Origin: a virus
Lineage: Duplodnaviria; Heunggongvirae; Uroviricota; Caudoviricetes
IMG/VR virus record: IMGVR_UViG_2537561605_000012
Direction: 5' to 3' (one strand)
DNA: 7,330 nucleotides
This document shows, piece after piece, positions 1 to 6,627 of the stretch. The number at the start of each line of letters is the position of its first letter. Position 1 is the first letter of the stretch. The position numbers and the translations under genes were made by a program. The notes beneath the pieces were generated by a model, which ran no database searches, had not been told where the DNA came from, and worked only from the letters and a program-made list of their open reading frames with translations.

Positions 1-208
1 GAGATGGATATCCCGGGTTCACAGGAGGCAGCAACGAGCTGCTGTTTAAATTCGGGAGGATAATTAGGGCAGCCTTTTCGCCTGCCGGGAGTCACATTTT
101 TCTGCATATCTGATACTTTGGTTCCCACTACTTATTTGGTGGACACCACTTTGTCTAATTCGTCAGATTCTGACCAGACGGTTCAGGCTGTACGCTTACG
201 GAGATCTG

Positions 209-457
209 GTGCAGGTGGGCGATGTTTTTGCGGTGGCGCTGACCGATATTCCACAGGGTGAAACAGGCGACGGCATGACCGAAGGTGTGTTTATGCTGCC
301 TAAGCTGAAAACGGATGACATGAAAACGGGTAAGAAGGTTTATCTGAAGTCAGGAAAAGTTCAGCTGACTAACAGCGGCTCTGATCCGCTGGTCGGGGTT
401 GTCTGGGCAGATGCCGGAACCAGTGCAGAAGAAGTGCCGGTAAAACTCAATGTCTGA
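209..457 (+). CDS. Small head-module protein of unknown function (82 aa), sitting where lambda has FI, immediately upstream of the FII-like gene. It does not resemble lambda FI.
   Basis: Frame is open from 68 to 457, but the first plausible start is GTG at 209, preceded by GGAG (200-203) with a 5-nt spacer. The in-frame peptide upstream of 209 is W/L/F/C-rich and not protein-like. The stop overlaps the next gene's start (ATG 450 / TGA 455-457). Function is not assignable from sequence alone. Confidence 0.5.
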   Translation: MQVGDVFAVALTDIPQGETGDGMTEGVFMLPKLKTDDMKTGKKVYLKSGKVQLTNSGSDPLVGVVWADAGTSAEEVPVKLNV

Positions 458-725
458 TCCCTTTTCCCGGCTGGCAGCGCGTATGGATGCTATCACGGTC
501 AGAAAGATGGGAAAGACAGCCTCGATTAATGATGTCGATATGACTGTGATCCCGGGAGAAACACTGGCAGAGCTGAATGCTCTGTCCGGACCTGCGGTCT
601 CTCTGGTGGTGTTTTCTTCGGGATACCGCCCACGGCGCGGGGATCGCGTTGTTTATGACGGACAACAATGGACGGTCACACGGCATGAACGCTTTAACGG
701 TAAGCCAATGATCTTTATTGAGTAA
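450..725 (+). CDS. FII: Head-tail joining / tail attachment protein, lambda gpFII-like (91 aa)
   Basis: The N-terminus (MSDPFSRLAARMDAITVRKMGKTASI) and the RRGD...W.V.R block resemble lambda FII as I recall it. It sits immediately upstream of the Z homologue, as in lambda. Its start overlaps the upstream stop by 8 nt. Confidence 0.75.
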   Translation: MSDPFSRLAARMDAITVRKMGKTASINDVDMTVIPGETLAELNALSGPAVSLVVFSSGYRPRRGDRVVYDGQQWTVTRHERFNGKPMIFIE

Positions 726-736
726 AGAGGTGTGGG

Positions 737-1315
737 ATGAAGGGGCTTGAGAATGCCATCCGCAATCTGAACAGCCTTGATACCCGTATGGTGCCACAGG
801 CCAGCGCATGGGCGATAAACCGTGTGGCACAGAAAGCGGGCTCGGTTGCCACCCGGCAGGTTGCCGGGAATACCGTTGCGGGAGATAACCAGGTGAAAGG
901 GATCCCCCTGAAACTGGTTCGTCAGCGTGTCCGGGTGTTTAAAGCCAGTCCGTCAGGAAAAATGACGGCCAGGATCCGCGTTAACCGGGGCAATCTGCCC
1001 GCCATTAAGCTGGGGACAGCCCGGGTCAGACTGGCCCAGCGTGGTGGAAAACTGCAGTACCGTGGCAGTGTGCTGAAGGTGGGTAAATATCTTTTCCGGG
1101 ATGCGTTTATTCAGCAACTGGCGAATGGTCGCTGGCATGTGATGCGGCGTATTGATGGCAAAAATCGTTACCCCATTGATGTGGTGAAAATCCCGCTGTC
1201 CGGACCGCTGACACAGGCATTTGAAGATGCCCGCGACCGCATCATTGCTGCGGAAATGCCGAAACAGCTGGGGTATGCACTGAAACAACAACTGAGGTTA
1301 TGGCTGACCCGATGA
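737..1315 (+). CDS. Z: Minor tail protein Z-like (tail completion protein), 192 aa
   Basis: ATG at 737 is preceded by AAGAGG (725-730). The translation (MKGLENAIRNLN...NGRWHVMRRIDGKNRYPIDVVKIP...LGYALKQQLR) aligns along its whole length with lambda gpZ as recalled, including the near-identical NGRWHVM.R..GKNRYPIDVVKIP block. Confidence 0.9.
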   Translation: MKGLENAIRNLNSLDTRMVPQASAWAINRVAQKAGSVATRQVAGNTVAGDNQVKGIPLKLVRQRVRVFKASPSGKMTARIRVNRGNLPAIKLGTARVRLAQRGGKLQYRGSVLKVGKYLFRDAFIQQLANGRWHVMRRIDGKNRYPIDVVKIPLSGPLTQAFEDARDRIIAAEMPKQLGYALKQQLRLWLTR

Positions 1316-1713
1316 ACCGACATACACAAATCCGCCAGGTCGTACTGGCACGCCTTCGGGAACAGTGTGGAGACAGCGCCACGTTTTTTGACGGGCTTCC
1401 GGCATTTGTTGATGCGCAGGAACTGCCTGCCGTGGCGGTGTGGCTGAGTGATGCTCAGTACACCGGAAAAATGACGGATGAAGATGACTGGCAGGCTGTT
1501 CTGCATATTGCTGTCTTCATCCGGGCACAGGCACCGGATTCAGAGCTGGATATGTGGATGGAGAGCACCATTTTCCCGGCCCTGAATGATGTATCGGCAC
1601 TTTCCGGACTCATCGACACCCTGATCCCACTCGGTTTTAACTATCAACGTGATAATGAGATGGCCACCTGGGCGATGGCGGAAATCACGTACCAGATCAC
1701 GTACACGAATTAA
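1312..1713 (+). CDS. U: Tail terminator protein U-like (minor tail protein U)
   Basis: The translation (MNRHTQIRQVVLARL...ATFFDG.PA...PAVAV.L..A.YTG...PDSELD.WMES) matches lambda gpU. ATG 1312 overlaps the Z stop (ATGA, 1312-1315), indicating translational coupling, and aligns with the lambda U N-terminus. An in-frame ATG at 1300 (GAGG 1294-1297, 2-nt spacer) is an alternative start. Confidence 0.85.
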   Translation: MNRHTQIRQVVLARLREQCGDSATFFDGLPAFVDAQELPAVAVWLSDAQYTGKMTDEDDWQAVLHIAVFIRAQAPDSELDMWMESTIFPALNDVSALSGLIDTLIPLGFNYQRDNEMATWAMAEITYQITYTN

Positions 1714-1723
1714 GGAGGTGGTA

Positions 1724-2467
1724 ATGACCACGCCAAATCCACTGGCAAAGACGAAAGGTGCGGGGACGACGTTCTGGATGTATACCGGCAACGGCGATGC
1801 GTTTGCGAACCCTTTGTCGGACACTGACTGGCTGCGTCTTGCGATGGTGAAGGATCTGCAACCTGGCGAAATGACCGCTGATGCAGAAGATGACACTTAT
1901 CTCGATGATGAAGATGCAGACTGGAAAACGACAACCCAGGGGCAGAAATCCGTTGGTGATACTTCGGCGACGCTGGCCTGGCGTCCGGGTGACAGCGGGC
2001 AGAAAAAACTGGTTCAGTTGTTCGACTCCGGTGAAGTCTGCGCGTTTCGTATCAAATATCCCAACGGCACTGTTGATGTTTTCCGCGGCTGGCTGAGCTC
2101 ACTGGGTAAAACCATTGCCTCAAAAGACGTGATGACCCGCACAGTGAAAATCAGCGGTGTGGGGCGTCCATATCTGGCAGAGGAGGGCACTGAAACTGTG
2201 GGCGTTACCGGGCTGACGGTGGCACCGGCATCCGCCAGTGTCAATGTGGGAGCAACCACCACGCTGACCTTTACAGTAAAACCTGACGGAGCCAGTGACA
2301 AAGCGATCAGTGTGCATTCGACAGATCCACAGACAGCCACTGTGACCCTGAACGGACTTGTGGCCACGGTGAAAGGCGTGAAGCAGGGCAGCGTCAGCAT
2401 TGTGGGCATGACCGCTGACGGGAATTTTGTGGCTGTGGCTGCGGTGACTGTCAGCGCTGCAGGTTAA
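1724..2467 (+). CDS. V: Major tail tube protein V-like with a C-terminal Ig-like (Big_2-type) domain, 247 aa
   Basis: AGGAGG at 1714-1719 precedes ATG 1724. The N-terminal region (KGAGTTFWMY.G.GD.FANPLSD.DW.RLA.VKDL.PGE...YLDDEDADW...GQKS.GDTS.TLAW) and the NGTVDVFRGW block match lambda gpV. The C-terminal ~85 aa (about nt 2204-2464) is T/V/A/S-rich beta sequence typical of Big_2 Ig-like domains. The ORF-track start at 1649 is an upstream extension without an RBS and runs through the U stop region. Confidence 0.92.
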   Translation: MTTPNPLAKTKGAGTTFWMYTGNGDAFANPLSDTDWLRLAMVKDLQPGEMTADAEDDTYLDDEDADWKTTTQGQKSVGDTSATLAWRPGDSGQKKLVQLFDSGEVCAFRIKYPNGTVDVFRGWLSSLGKTIASKDVMTRTVKISGVGRPYLAEEGTETVGVTGLTVAPASASVNVGATTTLTFTVKPDGASDKAISVHSTDPQTATVTLNGLVATVKGVKQGSVSIVGMTADGNFVAVAAVTVSAAG

Positions 2468-2487
2468 CAGGACGATACTCATCATTT

Positions 2488-2511
2488 GCCCCGGTTATCC
2501 GGGGCTTTTTT
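2488..2511 (+). terminator. Intrinsic (Rho-independent) terminator-like hairpin in the V-G intergenic region
   Basis: GCCCCGG (2488-2494), loop TTAT, CCGGGGC (2499-2505) form a perfect 7-bp all-GC stem, followed directly by TTTTTT (2506-2511). It lies 21 nt after the V stop and ends 17 nt before the G start. The minus-strand equivalent has no U-tract, so it is oriented for + strand transcripts. Confidence 0.55.
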
Positions 2512-2527
2512 GCAGGTGGAGAACATG

Positions 2528-2914
2528 ATGTTTCTGAAACAGGGCACGTTTAATTATGAAAAGCAGTCCGTGGTGCTCAGTGAGCTGTCCGGGCTGCAGA
2601 GAATTGAATATCTGGCGTTTGTTCAGCAGCGAACGGCAAAGTTTGATGCCGAAGAGGGAGAACTGCCGGAGGCTGAACGACAGATTGCTTTTCTGCGGAT
2701 GGGGATGGATATCAATGCCTGGCTGGTTTCCCGCTCACTGTGGAATGCGGAACAGTCTCAGGATGTTGAGACGCTTTGCGCATCCGTTATTACAACATGG
2801 TCGTATGATGCCCTGGGAGCGGGGGCGGAGATGGTTCTGTCGCTGAGCGGTATGGGAGCCATTGAGAATGCCGGGGATTTGGAGCATGAGGTGCTGACGC
2901 CGGAAAAGTCCTGA
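2528..2914 (+). CDS. G: Tail assembly chaperone G-like (tape-measure chaperone), 128 aa
   Basis: MFLKQG... begins like lambda gpG (MFLK...), and the LSELS.LQRIE.LA block is conserved. AGGTGGAG (2514-2521) gives a 6-nt spacer to ATG 2528; an in-frame ATG at 2525 is possible. The ORF-track start at 2486 lies inside the terminator hairpin and is unlikely. Stop is TGA 2912-2914. Confidence 0.85.
   Translation: MFLKQGTFNYEKQSVVLSELSGLQRIEYLAFVQQRTAKFDAEEGELPEAERQIAFLRMGMDINAWLVSRSLWNAEQSQDVETLCASVITTWSYDALGAGAEMVLSLSGMGAIENAGDLEHEVLTPEKS
2902..2908 (+). other. Putative programmed -1 ribosomal frameshift (slippery) site producing the G-T fusion
   Basis: The G frame (stop at 2912-2914) and the -1 frame (open from 2890 to 3252) overlap only over 2890-2911. 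The only slip-prone heptamer there is G GAA AAG (2902-2908), with the stop codon 3 nt downstream. Lambda uses G GGA AAG at the equivalent position. Shifting here gives ...LTPEK-VLTREMQFVMRLAREF... Confidence 0.5.
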
Positions 2915-3252
2915 CGCGGGAAATGCAGTTTGTCATGCGGCTTGCCCGGGAGTTCCGGCGGGCAGACTGGCGGCGGATGCTGTCGGAAATGTCGGCCACT
3001 GAGCTTGGTGAGTGGGGCGATTATTTCCGGATGCAGAGCTTCAGTGATGTGTGGATGGATGCGCAGTTTGCCTCGCTGAAGGCATTGATCGTGAGAATGG
3101 TGTCCGGTAGCAGTGATGCTGCGGTGGCTGATTTCAGCCTTTTACCGGAAGAGAACGGGATACCGGAGCGAACGGACGAAGAACTGATGCATCTTGGGGA
3201 AGGTATTTCCGGAGGTGTGCGTTATGGACCAGATAGCCAACCTGGTCATTGA
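2908..3252 (+). CDS. T: T-frame segment of tail assembly chaperone G-T, expressed as a G-T fusion by -1 frameshift (fusion spans 2528-3252, about 241 aa). Not expected to be translated independently.
   Basis: An ORF in the -1 frame relative to G starts inside the 3' end of G. There is no convincing RBS for the internal ATG at 2923. The G/GT arrangement immediately upstream of the tape measure gene is the conserved architecture of long-tailed phages. Stop is TGA 3250-3252. Confidence 0.7.
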   Translation, partial: VLTREMQFVMRLAREFRRADWRRMLSEMSATELGEWGDYFRMQSFSDVWMDAQFASLKALIVRMVSGSSDAAVADFSLLPEENGIPERTDEELMHLGEGISGGVRYGPDSQPGH

Positions 3253-6200
3253 TTTGGGGATTGATGCGGCAGAGTTTAAAAATGAAATTCCCCGTATCAA
3301 AAACCTTCTGAATGGTGCAGCCAGCGATGCAGAACGGTCTTCTGCCCGTATGCAGCGTTTTATGGAGCGTCAGACTCAGGCCGCCCGGCAGACAATGCAG
3401 GCGGCTTCTTCGGCTGCAACAGCCGCATCCGTCCATGCGCAGACGGTGGAGAAGAGCGCACAGGCTCATGAACGCATGGCCCGCGAGGTGGAGCAAACCC
3501 GCCAGCGTATGGAGGCACTGAGCCAGAAAATGCGCGAGGAACAGGCGCAGGCCATGGCTCTGGCGGAGGCTCAGGATAAAGCGGCTGCTGCGTTTTATCG
3601 TCAGATTGACAGTGTGAAACAGGCCGGTGCGGGGCTGCAGGAATTACAGCGTATTCAGCAACAGATCCGACAGGCCAGAAACAGTGGCGGGATTGGTCAG
3701 CAGGATTATCTGGCGCTGATTTCTGAGGTTACGGCGAAAACCCGTGTTCTTACACAGGCTGAGGAAGAGGCTACCCGACAGAAAGTGGCGTTTATCCGTC
3801 AGCTTAAAGAGCAGGCAACCCGCCAGAATCTTTCTTCTTCTGAGTTGCTTCGTGCTAAGGCTGCCCAGCTGGGGGTAAGCAGTGCTGCAGAAGTGTATAT
3901 CCGCAAAATGGAGCAGGCAGGAAAAGCCACGCATTCGCTGGGTCTGAAAAGTGCAGCAGCCCGTCAGGAGATAGGCGTTCTGATAGGTGAACTGGCCCGC
4001 GGCAATTTAGGTGCGCTGAGGGGATCCGGAATAACGCTGGCTAACCGTGCCGGGTGGATAGACACACTGATGTCACCGAAAGGCATGATGCCAGGAGCGG
4101 TTATTGGCGGTATTGCCGCGGCTGTCTATGGTCTGGGTAAAGCCTGGTATGACGGTCAGAAGGAGGGGGAAGAATTTAACCGCCAGCTGTCGCTGACGGG
4201 GCATTATGCCGGAGTCACTGCCGGGCAGCTGTGGACGCTCAGTCGTGCTATTTCCGGGAATGGTATCACGCAACATGCTGCAGCCGGTGCGCTGGCTCAG
4301 GTGGTGGGGAGTGGTGCATTTCGTGGAAACGATATCGGTATGGTGGCGAGAGCTGCCGCACAGATGGAGCGATCGGTTGGCCAGTCGGTCAGCGATACCA
4401 TAAATCAGTTTAAGCGGCTGAAGGATGATCCTGTAAATGCCGCGAAGGCTCTGGACAATGAGCTGCATTTTCTTACTGCCACTCAGCTTGAGCAGATACG
4501 CGTCCTTGGGGAGCAGGGGCGGTCCAGTGATGCTGCACGGATAGCCATGTCTGCACTGGCAGAGGAAACCGGTCGGCGTACTGCGGATATTGATAATAAC
4601 CTCAATGCGCTTGGCAGTACGCTGAAGTATCTGTCTGATTTGTGGAGTCGTTTCTGGGATGCGGCCATGAATATTGGTCGTGAAGACTCGCTGGATGAAC
4701 AGATTGCCGCTTTACAGGAGAAAGTGTCGCGGGCGAAAAGACTCCCCTGGACGGCATCATCTTCTCAGGTTGAATACGATCAGCAGCGTCTTAACGATCT
4801 TCAGGAGAAAAAACGCCAGAAGGATTTGCAGGATGCAAAAGAGCAGGCAGAGCGGAATTATCAGGAGCAACAGAAACGCCGTAATGCTGAAAATGCTGCA
4901 CTGAACCGGATGAATGAAACGGAAGCAGCACGACATCAGCGTGAAATAGCGCGTATTAATGCCATGCAGTACGCCGATCAGGCTGTCAGGGATGCGGCGA
5001 TACAACGTGAAAATGAACGTTACGAGAAAGCCCTGGCATCCGGTAAGAAAAAAACACGCGAAACCCGTAATGATGAGGCCACCCGGTTATTGCTGCAGTA
5101 CAGTCAGCAACAGGCACAGGTGGAAGGACAGATTGCTGCTGCCAGACAGTCAGCAGGCATTGCCACGGAAAGGATGACAGAAGCGCGTAAACAGCTTCTG
5201 GCTCTGCAGCAGCGCATCAGCGACCTGGACGGGAAAAAACTGACGGCAGATGAAAAGAGTGTGCTGGCCCGTAAAGATGAACTGATTCAGGCACTGACGC
5301 TGCTGGATGTAAAACAGCAGGAGCTTCAGAAACAGACGGCACTCAACGAGCTGAAGAAAAAAACAATTCAGCTGACCAGTCAACTGGCTGAAGAAGAGCG
5401 CGCTCAGCGTCAGCAACATGACCTGGATATCGCCACGGTGGGTATGGGTGATCAGCAGCGACAGCGATATCAGGTACAACTGAGTCTTCGCCAGAAATAC
5501 CAGCAACAGCTGGAGCAGTTGAGGCGGGATAGTGAGCAGAAAGGGACATATAACACGGATGACTACAGAAAGGCCGAGCAGGCGCTGACGGAGAGCCTGA
5601 ACCGACAACTGAATGAGAATCGCCGTTACTGGCAACAGCTTGAAGTTGTACAGGGTAACTGGAAAAACGGAGTCCTGCGTGCATTTCAGGATTTTACCGT
5701 GGATGCAGATAATACGGCAGAAACAGCAGAACAGGTGTTCTCGTCAGCCTTCAGCAACATGGGAAATGGCCTGGCAACTTTTGTCACTACCGGCAAACTC
5801 AATTTCAAATCCTTCACCTCTTCTGTGCTGTCAGATATGGCGAAAATCCTGGCGCAGGCAACCATGATGAAATCGATAAAAGGGATTGGCAGTGTACTGG
5901 GATTTGATCTCAGCAGCCTTTCCCTGAATGCCAATGGGGGGATTTATCAGTCTGCTGATTTGAGTCGTTACAGTGGCACGGTGGTTAACCGTCCGACGTT
6001 TTTTGCTTTTGCAAAAGGCGCGGGTGTGATGGGGGAAGCGGGACCTGAAGCCATTCTGCCATTGCGTCGTGGTGCTGACGGTAAGCTGGGGGTTGTGGCG
6101 GATATTGGGGGTTCAGGTATGGCGATGTTTTCCCCGCAGTACAACATCGAGATCAATAACGATGGCACGAACGGGCAGATAGGTCCGGCTGCCCTGAAGG

Positions 6201-6289
6201 CGGTTTATGACCTCGGGAAAAAAGCGGCAGCGGACTTTATGCAACAGCAGGCCCGTGATGGTGGTCGGTTAAGTGGAGCATATCGGTAA
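3224..6289 (+). CDS. H: Tail tape measure protein H-like (tail length determinant), about 1021 aa
   Basis: GGAGGTG at 3211-3217 gives a 6-nt spacer to ATG 3224. The N-terminus (MDQIANLVIDLGIDAAEF) resembles lambda H (M...GDLVVDLSLDAARF). There is a long Q/R/E/A/K-rich predicted coiled-coil central region, then a hydrophobic/Gly-rich segment. The C-terminus (NNDGTNGQIGPAALKAVYD...RDGG..SG) is almost identical to the lambda H C-terminus as recalled. The ORF-track start at 3194 is a TTG extension. Confidence 0.92.
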   Translation: MDQIANLVIDLGIDAAEFKNEIPRIKNLLNGAASDAERSSARMQRFMERQTQAARQTMQAASSAATAASVHAQTVEKSAQAHERMAREVEQTRQRMEALSQKMREEQAQAMALAEAQDKAAAAFYRQIDSVKQAGAGLQELQRIQQQIRQARNSGGIGQQDYLALISEVTAKTRVLTQAEEEATRQKVAFIRQLKEQATRQNLSSSELLRAKAAQLGVSSAAEVYIRKMEQAGKATHSLGLKSAAARQEIGVLIGELARGNLGALRGSGITLANRAGWIDTLMSPKGMMPGAVIGGIAAAVYGLGKAWYDGQKEGEEFNRQLSLTGHYAGVTAGQLWTLSRAISGNGITQHAAAGALAQVVGSGAFRGNDIGMVARAAAQMERSVGQSVSDTINQFKRLKDDPVNAAKALDNELHFLTATQLEQIRVLGEQGRSSDAARIAMSALAEETGRRTADIDNNLNALGSTLKYLSDLWSRFWDAAMNIGREDSLDEQIAALQEKVSRAKRLPWTASSSQVEYDQQRLNDLQEKKRQKDLQDAKEQAERNYQEQQKRRNAENAALNRMNETEAARHQREIARINAMQYADQAVRDAAIQRENERYEKALASGKKKTRETRNDEATRLLLQYSQQQAQVEGQIAAARQSAGIATERMTEARKQLLALQQRISDLDGKKLTADEKSVLARKDELIQALTLLDVKQQELQKQTALNELKKKTIQLTSQLAEEERAQRQQHDLDIATVGMGDQQRQRYQVQLSLRQKYQQQLEQLRRDSEQKGTYNTDDYRKAEQALTESLNRQLNENRRYWQQLEVVQGNWKNGVLRAFQDFTVDADNTAETAEQVFSSAFSNMGNGLATFVTTGKLNFKSFTSSVLSDMAKILAQATMMKSIKGIGSVLGFDLSSLSLNANGGIYQSADLSRYSGTVVNRPTFFAFAKGAGVMGEAGPEAILPLRRGADGKLGVVADIGGSGMAMFSPQYNIEINNDGTNGQIGPAALKAVYDLGKKAAADFMQQQARDGGRLSGAYR

Positions 6290-6618
6290 TGGAGACGTTT
6301 CACTGGAAAGTGCGCCCGGATATGAATGTGGTATCAGAGCCGAAAGTGGTGACAGTGAAGCTGGGCGATGGTTATGAACAGCGTCGTGCGGCGGGACTGA
6401 ATAACCAGTTGTCGACTTACAGCGTGACGATACGTGTTCGTAAATGTGAACACCCATCTTTAAAAGCCTTTCTGGAACGGCACGGTGGCGTCCGTGCATT
6501 TCAGTGGACGCCACCTTATGACTGGAAACCGATCAGGGTGGTTTGTCGTAAATGGTCGGCAAGCGTGGGGGCGCTGTGGGTAACCATAACGGCAGATTTT
6601 GAACAGGTCGTGGCATAG
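6289..6618 (+). CDS. M: Minor tail protein M-like (tail tip assembly), 109 aa
   Basis: The ATG overlaps the H stop (TAATG at 6287-6291). The translation (METFHWKVRPDMNVVSEPKV...GDGY.QR...GLN..L.TYSVT......FLE.HGG...F.WTPPY.W..I.V.C.KWS......FEQVV) is colinear with lambda gpM. Confidence 0.9.
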   Translation: METFHWKVRPDMNVVSEPKVVTVKLGDGYEQRRAAGLNNQLSTYSVTIRVRKCEHPSLKAFLERHGGVRAFQWTPPYDWKPIRVVCRKWSASVGALWVTITADFEQVVA

Positions 6619-6627
6619 GAGGCTCTG

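Noticed and set aside
447-830. 127-aa ORF on the minus strand overlapping the FII-like gene and Z
   Set aside because: It lies antisense to two well-supported homologous genes, has no RBS context, and has a Cys/His/Arg-rich composition typical of a shadow ORF.
1649-1723. Upstream extension of V to the start at 1649 given in the ORF track
   Set aside because: The extension is Arg-rich, overlaps the 3' end of U, and lacks an RBS. ATG 1724 has a perfect AGGAGG and matches the lambda V N-terminus.
953-2485. Series of minus-strand ORFs (953-1291, 1168-1506, 1540-1896, 1710-1934, 2014-2409, 2120-2485)
   Set aside because: All lie antisense to Z, U and V, which have clear homologues and coupled starts. 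They are shadow ORFs in GC-rich coding sequence.
2486-2527. Upstream extension of G to ATG 2486
   Set aside because: That ATG lies inside the terminator hairpin stem and has no RBS. The ATG at 2528 (or 2525) has an RBS and matches the lambda G N-terminus.
2556-2846. 96-aa plus-strand ORF in an alternative frame inside G
   Set aside because: It is fully embedded in G in another frame, with no RBS and W/C/R-rich composition. It is an artefact.
3194-3223. Upstream extension of H to the TTG at 3194
   Set aside because: ATG 3224 has GGAGGTG at optimal spacing and aligns with the lambda H N-terminus. The TTG has no RBS.
5048-5363. Two A7 homopolymer runs inside H (5048-5054 and 5357-5363), as possible slippage or phase-variation sites
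   Set aside because: Both simply encode Lys-Lys-Lys within the coiled coil. No alternative frame opens productively after a +/-1 slip, and runs this short are common by chance.
3134-5934. Multiple ORFs overlapping H on both strands (for example 3134-3496 minus, 3312-3521 plus, 4073-4468 minus, 4674-4904 plus, 4757-5005 minus, 5150-5635 minus, 5343-5684 minus, 5686-5934 minus)
   Set aside because: The Q/E/A/R-rich coiled-coil coding sequence of the tape measure gene yields long stop-free alternative frames (Leu-rich antisense, Arg-rich sense). None has start context or protein-like composition.
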